Shown one piece after another: positions 19,968 through 34,100 of a stretch of 64,000 bases of DNA. Made by a program: the position numbers and the translations under genes. The stretch lies in IMG/VR virus record IMGVR_UViG_3300034355_000834. One strand, written 5' to 3'. How positions within the stretch are numbered: the first letter of the stretch is position 1; each line of letters begins with the position of its first letter. The notes under the pieces are model-generated. The model worked only from the letters and a program-made list of their open reading frames with translations. It was not told the DNA's origin and ran no database searches. This stretch comes from an uncultured virus (IMG/VR IMGVR_UViG_3300034355_000834) (Duplodnaviria; Heunggongvirae; Uroviricota; Caudoviricetes).

Positions 19968-20358
19968 AAGCTGACGCAACATCATCAATCATAACGATAG
20001 GAATCATTAGCTGTTCGGTTAATGATTCCGCTACCATTGCCGCAACCACTTCTGGTGATTGACTTTCAATACTGTTCCAAATTTCATCCATAGTGGTAGC
20101 ATCTTTTTTCGTTGATTCATCCCACTCTGTTAGCAGAATCATGTAGATCGCCATACGGATTCCTAAGATAGTCCATATACCGTTTGCATCATCTCTACCA
20201 ACATTCATCATCAGAAGAATGTCATTTAAATCACCTGATGCAACTTTTTTCGCAAAGTCAATCGCTTCCATGGGCTTATCATCAACAACACATGACTTAA
20301 AGCCGATATCAAATCCTATAAGCCATGCTTCTTTTTCTGTAATATCTTCTATGTTCAT
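19942..20358 (-). CDS. Hypothetical protein
   Basis: 138-aa acidic ORF overlapping the end of the HNH gene by 4 nt. Confidence 0.6.
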   Translation of the reverse strand: MNIEDITEKEAWLIGFDIGFKSCVVDDKPMEAIDFAKKVASGDLNDILLMMNVGRDDANGIWTILGIRMAIYMILLTEWDESTKKDATTMDEIWNSIESQSPEVVAAMVAESLTEQLMIPIVMIDDVASAFIRPYLAQ

Positions 20359-21374
20359 GATCCTTTCGTTATATAATAAATATCCTTAAATTTCTCACTC
20401 TTTAATCTATATTTAAGAGTGTCTTTATGTACACCAAGTGTTTTGATAGCATCGGTGATGCTATCAAACTTAACACCATTGACCATGATTTTTCGCTTTT
20501 GTTGCTCGCGTGTTAGTCTTGGTTTAGTGCTCTGTTCAATATTCTCAGAGATAAACTCGTGATTATTGGGATCTTTGAGTCTTGCCTCTAATTCTGATCT
20601 CGTGAGTCCTAATTGCTTAGTTGCCTCCGCCACAGATGTATATGTATTACCGTTGGCTGTTACTGCGTAATTCCAATCTCTTGATGCTATAATTTTTTTG
20701 ATTGGATCATCTACAAAAAAGTAGCTAGGAAACCTTTCGTCTCGCAACTTATTGAACAAATTCGGAATTCCTGTTTGTTTAGCAGCATCTTTATACGTCT
20801 CGTAAACGATGCCATCAATAGATACACGCTTATAGTATCGTGGTCTTTTAACTTCTCGCTTTTCTACCTTATCTGCCTGATATTCAGGAAATCTTGGACT
20901 TTTTAGTCTGCGAAGAATCGTGCAGTACTCAATTCCCAATATCAGGTGAGCTTGCCAAGGGTTCGGATATCGTTGTCCGTTTATTGTGCATTCAATACCT
21001 CTGATTGCAGCAACCTGAATTCTATTTCGTTCAATAACTCTGCTCGTTATTTTCGTGTGATACTTGAGGTGTTTGTTTTTTTTCGTGCCAGTACTCAACC
21101 AAACCAACGCATAAATCATCTTGTGACAATAATGCGAGTCCGACTTAAACATCTTCGTCAATAACCAATGGCATACGAAGTGCTCTCTCGCCGTCAGGGG
21201 TACGATGTTTCGTTTATCACGAACTCCCCCCAATTCAAACGATCTAGGAAGTATGTGATGTTTTTCAATATATCCAACCGGAACTGATCTAGTCAGGGCG
21301 TTAGTTACTATTCCTGTATACCAACGAGCATACTTATTATCTAACGCTAGATCAGCAATCATTTTGACGTACAT
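20355..21374 (-). CDS. Free-standing HNH homing endonuclease with repeated HTH DNA-binding modules
   Basis: EKHHILPRS..GG....N...LTAREHFVCHWLL plus four I/V-NG..Y/F.S...A...LG......RL repeats. Confidence 0.85.
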   Translation of the reverse strand: MYVKMIADLALDNKYARWYTGIVTNALTRSVPVGYIEKHHILPRSFELGGVRDKRNIVPLTAREHFVCHWLLTKMFKSDSHYCHKMIYALVWLSTGTKKNKHLKYHTKITSRVIERNRIQVAAIRGIECTINGQRYPNPWQAHLILGIEYCTILRRLKSPRFPEYQADKVEKREVKRPRYYKRVSIDGIVYETYKDAAKQTGIPNLFNKLRDERFPSYFFVDDPIKKIIASRDWNYAVTANGNTYTSVAEATKQLGLTRSELEARLKDPNNHEFISENIEQSTKPRLTREQQKRKIMVNGVKFDSITDAIKTLGVHKDTLKYRLKSEKFKDIYYITKGS

Positions 21375-21378
21375 AATA

Positions 21379-22005
21379 TTACAATACCGGTGGCAACTGC
21401 ATTCCTGTTGCTATTCTGAGGGTGTAGTCGACTTGGATCGAGCGGTTCAGAGTTTTGGAAACTGGATGGAATATAACGTGAGTAATCATTCGTAGATTAT
21501 CTACTGCGCCATTCCATACCTTAATACCAAGTTCATCAAACACAAACTCGCCATTAAAGTTATTACTGTTATCAAACGCCATCTGACCAGCTGGTTCGCC
21601 ATAATCAATCAAGCATGAGATAAGAATGTCAGTATATAGGTTTCCGTTTGTATGAAGTACGCTAGTGTAATTGTTCGCTGGATCAGGATTGGCCACAATG
21701 TTTTGATTGACAATTTTACTATATGTTTCATTATATAGATTGACATTCTGACCAACAGTATTAGGTGGTAGATACGTGATGATACCAGTAGGATCAACCG
21801 CGCTACCACCGTTGCCGAATGCCATAGAATAGATATAGCCAAGTCGTGTGCCGTTTACTGTCCAATCAGCTAATGTTTGCGCTAATGCAATGGACATATT
21901 TTCAGGACAAATTTGATTAGATTTATCTAATAATACTTCTTTGGTATATGGATCAGTTATTTTAACATGACCAGATACCAATGCTTCAATGTTTTGATTT
22001 ATCAT
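21379..22005 (-). CDS. Virion structural protein (baseplate/tail region)
   Basis: MAFGNGG..VDPTG.ITYLPPN, DYGEPAGQ, FDELG and THVIFHPV.K; start set at ATG 22005. Confidence 0.7.
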   Translation of the reverse strand: MINQNIEALVSGHVKITDPYTKEVLLDKSNQICPENMSIALAQTLADWTVNGTRLGYIYSMAFGNGGSAVDPTGIITYLPPNTVGQNVNLYNETYSKIVNQNIVANPDPANNYTSVLHTNGNLYTDILISCLIDYGEPAGQMAFDNSNNFNGEFVFDELGIKVWNGAVDNLRMITHVIFHPVSKTLNRSIQVDYTLRIATGMQLPPVL

Positions 22006-22126
22006 TTTTCTTCTCAATAATTACTTCTTTGGTTTTAACATCAATGATTCTCAATGAGTCACTGATGTTAATTGGACTAATATCATTAGGGGGTTTTGTT
22101 TTCTTGTTTTCTTGTTTAGGTTCCAT
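21986..22126 (-). CDS. Small protein, 46 aa (not in the ORF track)
   Basis: MEPKQENKKTKPPNDISPINISDSLRIIDVKTKEVIIEKK..; resembles the N-terminus of the next gene (HVKITDPYTKEVLLDK). Confidence 0.5.
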   Translation of the reverse strand: MEPKQENKKTKPPNDISPINISDSLRIIDVKTKEVIIEKKNDKSKH

Positions 22127-22147
22127 GCTCTATTTACTATTTCTAAA

Positions 22148-25100
22148 TCACTCGGGTATAACTTTTGGAATATCCCAAGAGTTTGCTCTTAGAACCCATA
22201 ATGTAACATCAACACCAATCGGTGGAGGAACATTAAATGTCACTGTTACCGGAGAGTAATTTGTTACAGTCCATCCATCATTAACCGGAATGCCACCCAC
22301 TACCACGCGAATTTCCGGTATATCAACAATATTGATATTATCAGCAGTAAACTCAGTTCGGAATCCATCGCCCTGTTCAGTTGATTCTACTACGTAATTC
22401 TGATAGAATTTTGGCAATGTAGTATAATAACTCATATCATAAACATAAGAACCAGCGATATGATTAGCTGCACCAGTGCCGCCAGTTCCTCTGAGAAGGC
22501 TACTCACTGTATTATTAACCAAATCAATGTCTCTATACATAATTCTTTCGCCATTGATAGTTAACACACCCCAAATGCCCGCTTCAAAATTCGGTTCATT
22601 TAAATGAGATGCATCTTCAACATAGATAATATTAGCGGTCGGACTTAATGTCCGCATCAAAACCGTGGTTGTATCCATAGTGATATTATGAGTTACTTGA
22701 ATGCCATTCATGTCTTGGAATATTCTGTATGCGGTGGCATCGGGATTTAATATATCAGTAAAATCTGTTATCATCACAACGTCAGTTGGCGATAACACAT
22801 AAGGAAATACTATTTCAGTAACTAAATTACTACTATCATAAGAACCATACTCGTCTGGTAATACAGCATAATCATATAGTGTAGAGCTATATCCTTGATA
22901 ATATCTGGCATATCTTACAGTAAAATCATTTCCGTAAAATTTATGCTCGCCGTTTACAGTAACCCATAATCTTGCTGGTTCTGCCACAATTCTGTCAAGG
23001 AATATGTCGTTTCTAACTTCTGGTACATAATAGGTACAATCAAACGAACCAGGGCCACCGTCAAATGTATCTGGACTATATCTCGTAACACTATAACCTT
23101 GAACAACAGGAACCTCTACATCAACGGGGCCAACAAACACATTGGTCACCAAGTCTTGTTGGCGAGTATCATTCCAAGATGTTACTTTAATGATGTCTCC
23201 AGTAAACACCGGCACATTGAACACCAATTCATCATTATCAACATAGCATTCAACATCGGATACTACCGAAATCAATACCTCCTCATTGAATCTGATATGA
23301 TCTTTTAACTTGACATATTTTGTCTGATCTGGATTATCAAGAATGATATCGTAATCTACTCCTTGAGTTTGCTTTATGCCATCAACGTATACAAAAATCG
23401 CTGAATCTGCCACAAGGTAGGGATCAATTCCTATTCTTTGTGGAAGATTGTATTCTGGTGCTGCATCTGTTATTCTATACAATGCACCAGCGGCTGTTTT
23501 CAGCCTCAGACCATTTACAGTAACGATGATATTGACTGGGTTGGTGTATTCCATAGAATTGGTCAGATTATACCGATCAACGCCAGATTCTGCTTCAATT
23601 ACCTGTGTTACCGCAGTTGACCATGAATAGTCAACTTCTGTGCTATCATCAAGGTACGAGGGAGCTATGACTACTATAGTGGCTAATTCATCCTCTGTAA
23701 CAGGATTATTAAATTCAACTAATGTTCGCTCGCCATCTGGGTAATAGATAAAATCATTATCATTTACACCATCCACAAACCAACCGATATCAATGATTTC
23801 CTCATAAGGTACATCAATGAGCAATACCGTAAAATCATCATTAACATATACTTCCTTGAATATCTGTGTTCCGCCACCTGGTCCAAAGACTTCAACAACA
23901 ATGATATCGCCTTCAATTGCTCCATTGTTGATATACACTTCCTGAGTGTCCCAGTTTACAGTGTAATCATAATCAATAGTGAGATCACGCCCTGTGGTTT
24001 GGTTAGTGACAATAACAGCGGTTACATATAACACCAATCCTTCAAAGCTAATAGTATTATCAATAGTAGAATCAACCGCCAAGAATTGTTGTTTTACTTG
24101 TCCTTTAGGGAATCCATGACCCTCTGATTCTGGGTGATGACCATTAGGTCTGGTATAAACTCTAATATCTACTGTATCAAAAGTTGATCCCAATACTAAT
24201 TCTTCTGGTGCATGATTTGCATCTGTGCTGATATAATTACAGCCAGCCACATTGATATCAATATACCGTTTGCCAAGATACAAATCCATGTAGTTACTTC
24301 TATAGATAGTATCTAAGTCATATGCTTGAGTATGAGGATATACATAAGGAAGTCCCCAAACTTGAACACCAGGGAAGTCAATCCCATCAATAACTAAACT
24401 TAGTTCTCTACCAGGCTGATTTACTGTAGGGGCATAATATCCCATTACACGATCAGCAGCCGATAACAGTGGACCCAACGCCGCTTCACCCGATGCTCCA
24501 GCACCTCTGCCACCAAATGTGACAACAATCGGGTATGTATATCCTGATCCACCGTTTTCAACATTCACGTATGCAATAGAGCCAGTATTATCAGTGATGC
24601 CATACGCTACCGCAGGAACAATATTCTCCTCAAATGAATTGATACTTGTAAAGAATACATCAACTTCTGAATTAGGTGGATAGCCAGTACCTCCATCTAA
24701 TACATTCACTTCGAGAACTTGCATTTCGCTTGGGTTAACGAGCATCCATTCTTCTGGATTGAATTGATTTGATACAGGAATATATGATTTAGCTTTCCAT
24801 ACCGCACCGATATATCTAACCAGATCGCCCGATGAATAGGCAATCCCCGGAATCCAATCAATTATCGTGCTTTTATATTCGCATCTATCATAACGAATTA
24901 CCGTAGTAATTGACCTTACATTTAACGCGGCATATTCCTCATTGGTGATGGGATTCACACCAAGCAGGTTGCCCAAATGCGCGATGGCCTTAGCACCATC
25001 ACCAACACCCGTAATTTCAATTGTAGGCGTCAACGTATAGCCCAATCCAGTATATAAAACATTTATCTGAACAACTTCGCCATCATCGTTAATGATCGCT

Positions 25101-28100
25101 TCTGCATAGGCTTCTTCGGTGCAATCACCGATGATAGTTACTGTTGGTGGTTCATGATAATCGTAGCCTTTATCAATCACTTCAATAACCTGAACGCTCA
25201 GAGTATGATTATCATACCAATCCTTCCAAGGCTTCTCGTCCCATACTTCTGAATAGTCTTGCAAATCACCGACATCACTGTGTACGGTTGTATCAGCGTG
25301 GATATATGGCAGTAACATTGGACTTACATACCGGGGAACGGGCAGTTCTGAATCCCATCTCGCGGGACAATCAAAGTCAGTCATAGCCGAGCCATCAACA
25401 GTATCAGTTCCATAATAAATCATGTTAAACTGTTTAACAACTGTATGATAAGGTTTTACTTCATTGATATAATCTTGAACAAATGTTTGGTTATCTGGTT
25501 GATACTGAGTATATGGTATCAAATTCCTAATTCTATGATCCACGTTAATTAAGCTCGTCTTGAATAGCCAATACGGAGCTTGTAATTCAGCGTAAATCAT
25601 CTCAAATATGGAAATCAACAAATCATTTCGGTATATTTTTAATTCGTCAACCAAAATCTGTTCATTGATTGCTCTAATAACATATCTTGTTTCTTCGGTT
25701 GGATACTCATCATAGTACAATAAGTCAAATGGTGAATTATCAAAACCAAATCCTGCTTCAAGATAATTCCACAATGAATCACTAAATTGAATTGTGCCAT
25801 CTTCTAACCCAACTCTTAACCAAGTGATCGCGCTAGTGCGTTTGTACAATTCATACTTTCCGCGACTATTTGTAGTCACTTTAACCGTACTATCTACTGG
25901 GGCAATTTCTTCTGATAGTGATTGCAAGGCAGCATAATATGGAACTTCTGCCACTATTTCTGTGTTTGGATCATATCCTATTTCATACCAATTTACATAA
26001 TTCCAGTAATTTGGTGTATAATATGATTGAATCATCACCAACTTAAATGTTTCTGTTAGTGTTCTATCTATTTCAAGTACTGTCCAATATCCTCTATAAT
26101 TACTGTTTGAGTCAACAAGATAACGATATCCATCTGGTTTATCAGCAATATCTTGATATTCCAAAATCTGATTGTTTGGAACTGATTCATTCCATATTAT
26201 GACACTTCCTTCTCTTGCCGGCGGAATTGCTTGTTGTGCAAACAATAACGACATTGACTTTGATTCAGAAACAGGATACTGGTTAATGATAGTATTGGCA
26301 GCAGTCAAGTAATCTCGCAATGCAGAAAATCTGTCAATGAACATTGATTGACGTGGTCTAAATTGAACACCATATTTTTCACCAGGACTCAGCATAGGAT
26401 CGGGCACATTGTTGCCACTTACATCTGAGCCAGCGAAGCTATCTATTAGTTTTCTATAAACTACATCAGTTAAGAATGAATCACCATCGTTGGTAAGAAT
26501 CGTCTGATACTCAGTATGAATACAATCATCATTGGGCGATTGATCGTAGTCAATATGAAGAATCGTATCAGCCGCAGAAATGTAATTCAAAGCATTGTAG
26601 ATTGCCACTTGACCTGGTCCAAGAATAGCGATATATGGTATACCGCTTGAGCGAGGATCACTGATATACTGAGATATAACATTTGAGCTTAAAGTTTTGC
26701 CATACTTATATTCAACAGTGCTTAGACCTCTCACCCAATAGTAGTATTCTACATTGTAATATCCTTGCTCGTTTATTGTTGAACGCATAGTATATGTGGT
26801 CGTTGACAACGGCACACCAGCACCAGTATAGGCTATAGGCGGCACATTGCTCACGACCCATTGATAAATATCCACAGTGCTTCCGGGGAATATTTGTCCC
26901 CATCTACGACTTGCATAGTTGATATTGTTTTGGTATGGATTTAAGAATCTTACGGTATCAGTATCCCACCATATTTTTCCCAATTGATCTTCACCCCAAC
27001 TATCGCCTATGTTATGAATAACACCGACATTATAGTTCGCAGGATCAACGGCACCAATATAATCAATATTTTGAGCCGCAGCACCTAATATTTTTCCTTG
27101 AAGGGGATTGATGCAATCAAAGTATTGTTGCCAACTACCAACCAGTCGGTCATACATAAACGTAGAGTTGATTGTGTGCGAATCTACTTGAGGAGTTTCT
27201 ATATGATTGACTTGCCAACTCGGAAGATTGTTGGTATTTTTATAAACATATACTTTACCAGTGTTTACATTATTTTTATTTGAACTGGTCGGAGCACCTA
27301 TGATGAGGCTTTCAGTTACATAATTTACAGCCAGACCAAATCTATCCAAGTTCTTCAGATTTCTATTATAAACTTGCTGTCCAAAAATGAATTTGCCCGG
27401 ATTACTAATAGAGGCATTAACTGAGTTCATATAATCATATGTATATGCAACACCACATCCAAAGATGACATCCGAGAATACTGTACTATAACTATCAAAG
27501 TAGGTTGTATCATTGTCAAATGACATTTCTTCATAGGCATTTCCATTCGGAGCGCCTACCACCAAATTTACGAACGCAGAATCTATAGATACTGAGTAGC
27601 CAAAGTTAGCAAAGGAAGATTGTCTAGGGCTAACGATTTTCTGAACCTGAGTATAAGTATCAAATCCGATTTGAGTAAACGATGGTCCTTGTCCTGGCAA
27701 CACCGTCAGTTCATTACGACCATCATAATTCGCATGATATCTATCATTTGCGTTTAATACATTGGCTGATATTATAATCCTACCAGACACTACAGTAATT
27801 CTATCTTTAAGTGATGGCACGAGAATAAACGTAAGCGTCTCGTTGCTGTTGTTATAGGTATAGTCTACGTTTTCTACCAGTAATGTATTGTTCAGATATA
27901 CCTTAGTATTATAAGAAGCAGCAGACGAATAGATATTTCCTATGTTGTAAGTCTTATCTTTTCCGTTACCGTAAAATACCGCATTTGATGTTGCTTTTGC
28001 TGTAACATTGGGAATATCAGAAGAATTTATTGAGATAATCAATTCTTCAATAGTATTTTTCGGCGATGATTTAATCTTAATCAGGCTTCCGTTCACGAGA

Positions 28101-31100
28101 ATGTAACTGCCAGCCGTTAATACAGGATTACAATTTGTACTAACAGTAGTACCATAAGTCCTTGATTGGTTCAAATATCTATAAACCGACCCAGATTGTT
28201 CGTAACTTGAATTATCTGCCGGAGCACCAACGAAAAATTCGTTATTCGTTGGTGCGAAGTCTAATGAATTACCAAACTGGCTGGTTACTTTTTGTCCAGT
28301 AGTAAACTTCTGTACTTGAGTAATGATAGATGTATCAATATCAATATTATCACCGAGTCCCAAACTTACCCAAGGTGATAATTCTACAGCATACTTCGTC
28401 GGTGATGTTTCAATGACTTGATATTGGCCCAAAACAGAATACTTTTTATTTGTTAATAAAGTGCCGTTAATAGAAACTGTTATTGGTCCATTGTTATATT
28501 CTGGAATATCGTAGATACGTTGATTAGAATCTTTGACATTATAGGCAAACATTGTTTTATTGTATAATGTAGTTGATCCAACCGCTAATCCGTTTAAGTC
28601 ATCGTAAGGTGCTCCAACAATAAGTTGTCTACCTTGTCCAGAGGAGCTAATAGCATACCCGAATTTGGCCAATGAACTAACATTACCATTTAATACATTA
28701 GTCAATTCCCAATAAGAGTCTGCTCTCACAGTGATATCCACGCCTTCTGCTGGAACATTCACAAACGTAATGGTTGTCGTTAGCGGATCATATGTATAAT
28801 CAATAAACGGTCTTTGAATTTTAGCATTCAATGTAACAACAAATGAGTAAACACTGCTCACAGAATAGAAATACTGTCTAAGCTCATAAGATTGATTGTT
28901 ATATATTGCTTGCCCAGCGTAATTAAAAGATATAATATTGCCAAATTTATCTACCTTAGTGACATTGATAGTGATATTATTAGTAGGCGTAACACCACCA
29001 ACAAGATTTCCATTGATTGTTAAAGTATCTCCGATTTTATAATTAACACCATTGTTCAGAATCGCAACAGAGTATTCGCCACTCGTAACGCCCACATCAA
29101 ACGTAGCATCTGTGCCTGATCCACCAATCGTTTCTACATCCTTAAAGATATACTGATTCATCAGTTTGCCTATGCGACGAGAAATTTTCACCTCTTGCAA
29201 TTTATTCGGAATAGCAGTCAATACTACATCACCGTTATCCAAACGATAATCATAGGGGTATTCTAAGTTAAGATTGTCAACTAAAATTTGAAGTTGTTCT
29301 GGATAATCCGAATCAATCAAGCAATGTAAACTATAATTAAATCTACGTTGTGATCCGTCTGCTACATAAACAACAGCCTCAGAGGGAACATCAATTCTCG
29401 CATAAGCAAATACTTGGTTTGATATTGGTGCTCCAACATACAACCATTGTTCGTTAAAGCTAACACTAACAGAAGAACCAAAGTTGATAGGATCAAGCGA
29501 ATCCGGTATCAGCAATTGCTGATCACCATATAATCCAGTCAGTGAACTTTCTTTAGTCAGAGTTAATACATAACCAACACCATTGTAGCTCTGATTAGCT
29601 CCAATAGCTAACCATGCGTCCTTTCCGAGTGATGTTGCGCATCCTAATGCTTTAGTGTCTTCTGCGTTTGAACGAATATCATCAATGAATTCATAGGGCT
29701 GATCTTTTATATTATTGGGATCAATGGCTAATTTAAAAAATTCAACTTGTCCGTTACCAGCATTTGCACCCGGTGCGCCGATGATCGCCATCTTACCGTC
29801 ATAAGATTGTGATACTGAGTATCCAAAATAAGAGTCTTGTTCCGATGCTTTTTCACGAAGATTTTGCTTGAAGTCAAACGGTTGTACCTTTTCAATGACC
29901 TCCCACAATCCATCGCCGTTATTGTCTACCCATACTTTAGAATCAAATGTCAAGTTATTAACATAAGGCAGAGAAGCAATATCACTTGGTTGCTTAACTC
30001 TTGTTGTCTCCATTCTGAATGCGAGAGCGGTGCAATATACCGTAGATTGATTTGAATTTGTAAAATTATATGCTATAATAATTGTGTTAATTCCAGTAAC
30101 ATCAAGCACTCTGTAAACACCGTCAATTGAGGTATTCACGTATCTGATGATAATTAAATCACCTATTTTTAGTCCGTGGATTCCTTTGAATTGAACAATT
30201 GAAGTACCATTTAAGTTATTGCTAACCTGAGTAATCTGAGAAGACATAACTTCGCAACGATAGATATTCCAATCGTAGTTATTTGACTTAGCTGCCCAAA
30301 TTATAGTACCAACTCCTACCGTATCAATCTTATTCAAAATAGATGATGGGTCATTGATATCAAATACTGTAATATCGGCATCTTCTATGTCAACGTATCC
30401 AGCTGATGGCAATGCTGTCTCAGAGTAATCTCGCAATGATGTTGGGAAAATATCTGGTGTCGTAACAACGGCGGATGTTCTCCATAAATCTGATACCAAA
30501 AATGTTTGATCTGCGTCTGATATTTGGAATGGTCTGACCACTTGCAATGTACAAGGATTTGATGTAAGATAAGTTTCGTTCAATCTGAATTCAACAAAAC
30601 TCTTATTCGCATTAGCCCCATACGTGGACGATAATATCGCCCAAATTTCTTTAACTTTATATGAACCTTGTTCCTTACCAAGATCCGCATAAGTAAATGC
30701 TTCAACCGAGCGAGGAGTTCCTTTTGATCCTAAAAATTGTTGATATAATCCAACCTGACTGATATCATTCAGATTCAAGTCAGACATATATTTTCTTGGT
30801 CTAAATCCAATCAGTCCAAAACTCAATAAATCCTGATCAATGTTCAAGTTAGCATCATACACATCATAGCTATTGGCTAATTGATCGGACATATTGGGTG
30901 GATTGAGCATCAACCCGGTGTTAATCTTGGAATAATCACTGATAATCCACTCAGAGTATTCAAATTTCTCCTTTGGTTGAATTATTTCTAATGCGCTCCA
31001 ATAATTATTCTTGAATAGAACGATTTGCCCTTTGGTATATTTCTTGTTTGATTTCCACTCTTGAACCGTTTCTTGTCTATTCAGAATGAATCCCGGAGCA

Positions 31101-34100
31101 TTCATTGTTCCATTCCATTCGGTAGTAACCCACCCGTTAATCAAAAGGCGACTTTGCCTTGCGCCGGTAATAGGATCGTAAATAAGATCATTGAATACCG
31201 TATTATTGTCAATGATTATAATATCTTCAAATTGAACAAATCGTAGACGCGCAAACGATAGCGTTCTTCCCGTTGGAGATTCCAAAGTAAGATTATTTTC
31301 AAGACGTTCAATGTTAATCTCTCTTGTTGGCAATGCAACACGATATTGATCTAATATCATGTTCTCTGGAACAACACTTTCAATAGTATCAGCCACTTCG
31401 CCTGGAGTTGTGACAGTAAATTTAATACCAGCTGGATTCAATGCAATTACCGTACCAATTGCCCAGTTTTGACCAGAGAAGTATAAAAATTCTTCTGCCA
31501 TCTGATTCCAATCCATTACTTTTCCGTTCTCAATAGATTGAAATGACATTCCGATACTTTCCAAGTATAATCCATAGCTGAGAATAAAATCAACAACCAT
31601 AGCGTCATTTGAGAATACAGTAGCATAAGGTATAACAGCTATCTTATCTGTGTAGTTTGCTGGAACTTGAACAGTAATACCCCCAGTAGTAATTGTTCTT
31701 AATATTCCACTACTTTGACTGATAAATGCCTTGAAGTAGGGGCGAATAGTATCATAGCCGCCTATTCTATAACCGCCATCAATAACCTCGATAGTTACTG
31801 CGCTATACACCAATTGTTTATTAGGTTGATTTTTATATAACGTAATAGAATAGTTCTCAACCGGAATCTTCTGAGAATCATTTGCGCTTCCGGGCAATGC
31901 ATGATCGGCATACACAGTCAGATACTCATGGTCAGTGTAACCACCTACACGATATCCCATCTTCACTGTTAAATAGCGCAGATTTTCCGTAAGTAGGGTA
32001 GTGCTGTCTCTACCGAGTTGTTTATTATAATCAATAATCCAATTGATATAGCTCGCCTTGCTTACGCCGTTTCCGTATATTTCCACATTTTGAGGCCCAA
32101 CTCTGTAACGTCCATTATATAAGTATTGATTCAATTCAGAATCATACCGATATAGATCACGATCAATAAACAAACTAAAGAATTCAGCCGGTTGAGTCAG
32201 TGCAAGCAATCTCATTACTGCAAATGGATAGGATGAACTGGTCCACCATGCATATTCAGTGGGACCACCGTCCAATACCGTCCAACTTTTCTTAAACGAA
32301 AATTCATTGAATTGTCCAACCACGCTATACAATGGTGCTATCAATGTTCCTTCTTCGTCAACGGGGATTACATTCGTCAAGCCCGGTCTTGCATACTTTG
32401 GCAGATAATATGGACCAGCTGGATCAGCCACATATCCATTTTCCAAATCTTCCCAAAGTACTAAATTTCCGCTTGTGTAAGGCGCTGGACCATATCTATC
32501 ACACCACCAACAGGGTTGCTCGCTGAACCCAAGCATCTCCCAAGGTGTTCTTGCTGGATTCGTTGTGTCATAAAAATAACGATAAATTCCTCTCCATGCA
32601 CCGGGCATTCTTTCTTCTTCAAAATTATTAACTTGGAAGTCAGAATCAAGTTTCGTGCCACACTCGGAATAATTATAAGTAAATGCGTTATTGGCGATGT
32701 AATCTTGGCTGCGATAGTCCAATCTGTTATTACCAACCCAACTTAAAAAATCTATCTCAAGAATACTAACTATTTCTTCTTTACTATAGTCAGTTGTTCT
32801 GAAGAATCCCGGAATAACATCCGATGATAACATCGGCACAGGATTGCCATCTAGCTTGATGTTATTGTAAATTCTCTTTTCAAATTCAAGTAATACTTGG
32901 TCTCTGATATCACCAAACGCGAGCGTTAAACTACCATCATGCCCCTGAATCATTAAATGAGGCTTGACATAAGTGGTATCATAGTATATCATGGGCTTAT
33001 ATTTTGGATATAGACCCATCTTGGTCGGCGTATTCGGAACAAAGTTGGCTTGAGTATGAGGATATTCTCTTACGGTGACAATACTTCCAATTGGCAAGTT
33101 AACTAATACTGTTACAATAGGCTCAACTTGGCTAACAAGATATTCGCTACCGCGTTCAAGCAATCGCGTAACACTATTTTCTTGTAAATCAAATTCAGTT
33201 ACATAAATTGATAGCCCTTTAAAATTAGCTGATGTAAAATCATATACTTGCCCAGTGCCAAAAACACCAGTGCTCAGAGCATTTATTTTGTAGACTTGCT
33301 CGGTATAATCGGCACCAACGGGTAACATATCGCTCCAATAAAATGGATCAATGTTCGTTTTACCTAAGTTAATTCTTGAGATACATGAGTCCAAAATATC
33401 ACTGGGATTCATGTATCCAAATTCATTATTGGCAACTGTAGATAACAGTTGATTCTTAAACTGAGTATATTCTCTGTCGTTAAATGCTAATGAACCAAAT
33501 ATGTCATACTCTTTATCACGCATGAAGTAGCCAGCAAGCGTAAGCGGACTACTTTGTTGTAGTATCTGCAAGCCATAAGGAACAAGATTACCTAAATCGC
33601 GACTATTGTTAGCGCCGTTTATTTTTCCCTCTAATCCCGGCACGGTAATAGCAATAGTGTCATAATGATTGCGAATAGTACCCAAACTAAATTGTGGACT
33701 ATTGCCATTTAATGGATTATTTGCAAGATTCATTGGTATCTGATAATGCCCATCTGTGCTCACCTGAGAGCTATAATAAATAACTTCAATCGTTGAGTTC
33801 AGCGGATAGACATCTTTCCAATTTATTTGTGTTTTTCCGTATACAGTTATCAGATCATAGCGCGACGGTTCAATAAACAATCCGTTGATAAAAATGGCCA
33901 ATGAATTGACATTTTCTAATATATCAATTTCAACATCCAATCTAACAGGTTGAGCATCATACTTAAATTGAGAGATTTGTCTATCAATTGAATTGGTAAT
34001 ACCATTTTGCCAACCGATTTCAAGATCATAATCTACTCTTGAAGAATATTGGCGCACAAATCCGATACTCACATTTTCATTGAACGCAGTACTATTTTTC

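Noticed and set aside
20355..21400. Gene-end duplication around the HNH endonuclease like the one at 40320/41704
   Set aside because: No second copy of the upstream gene's C-terminus was found after the HNH gene.
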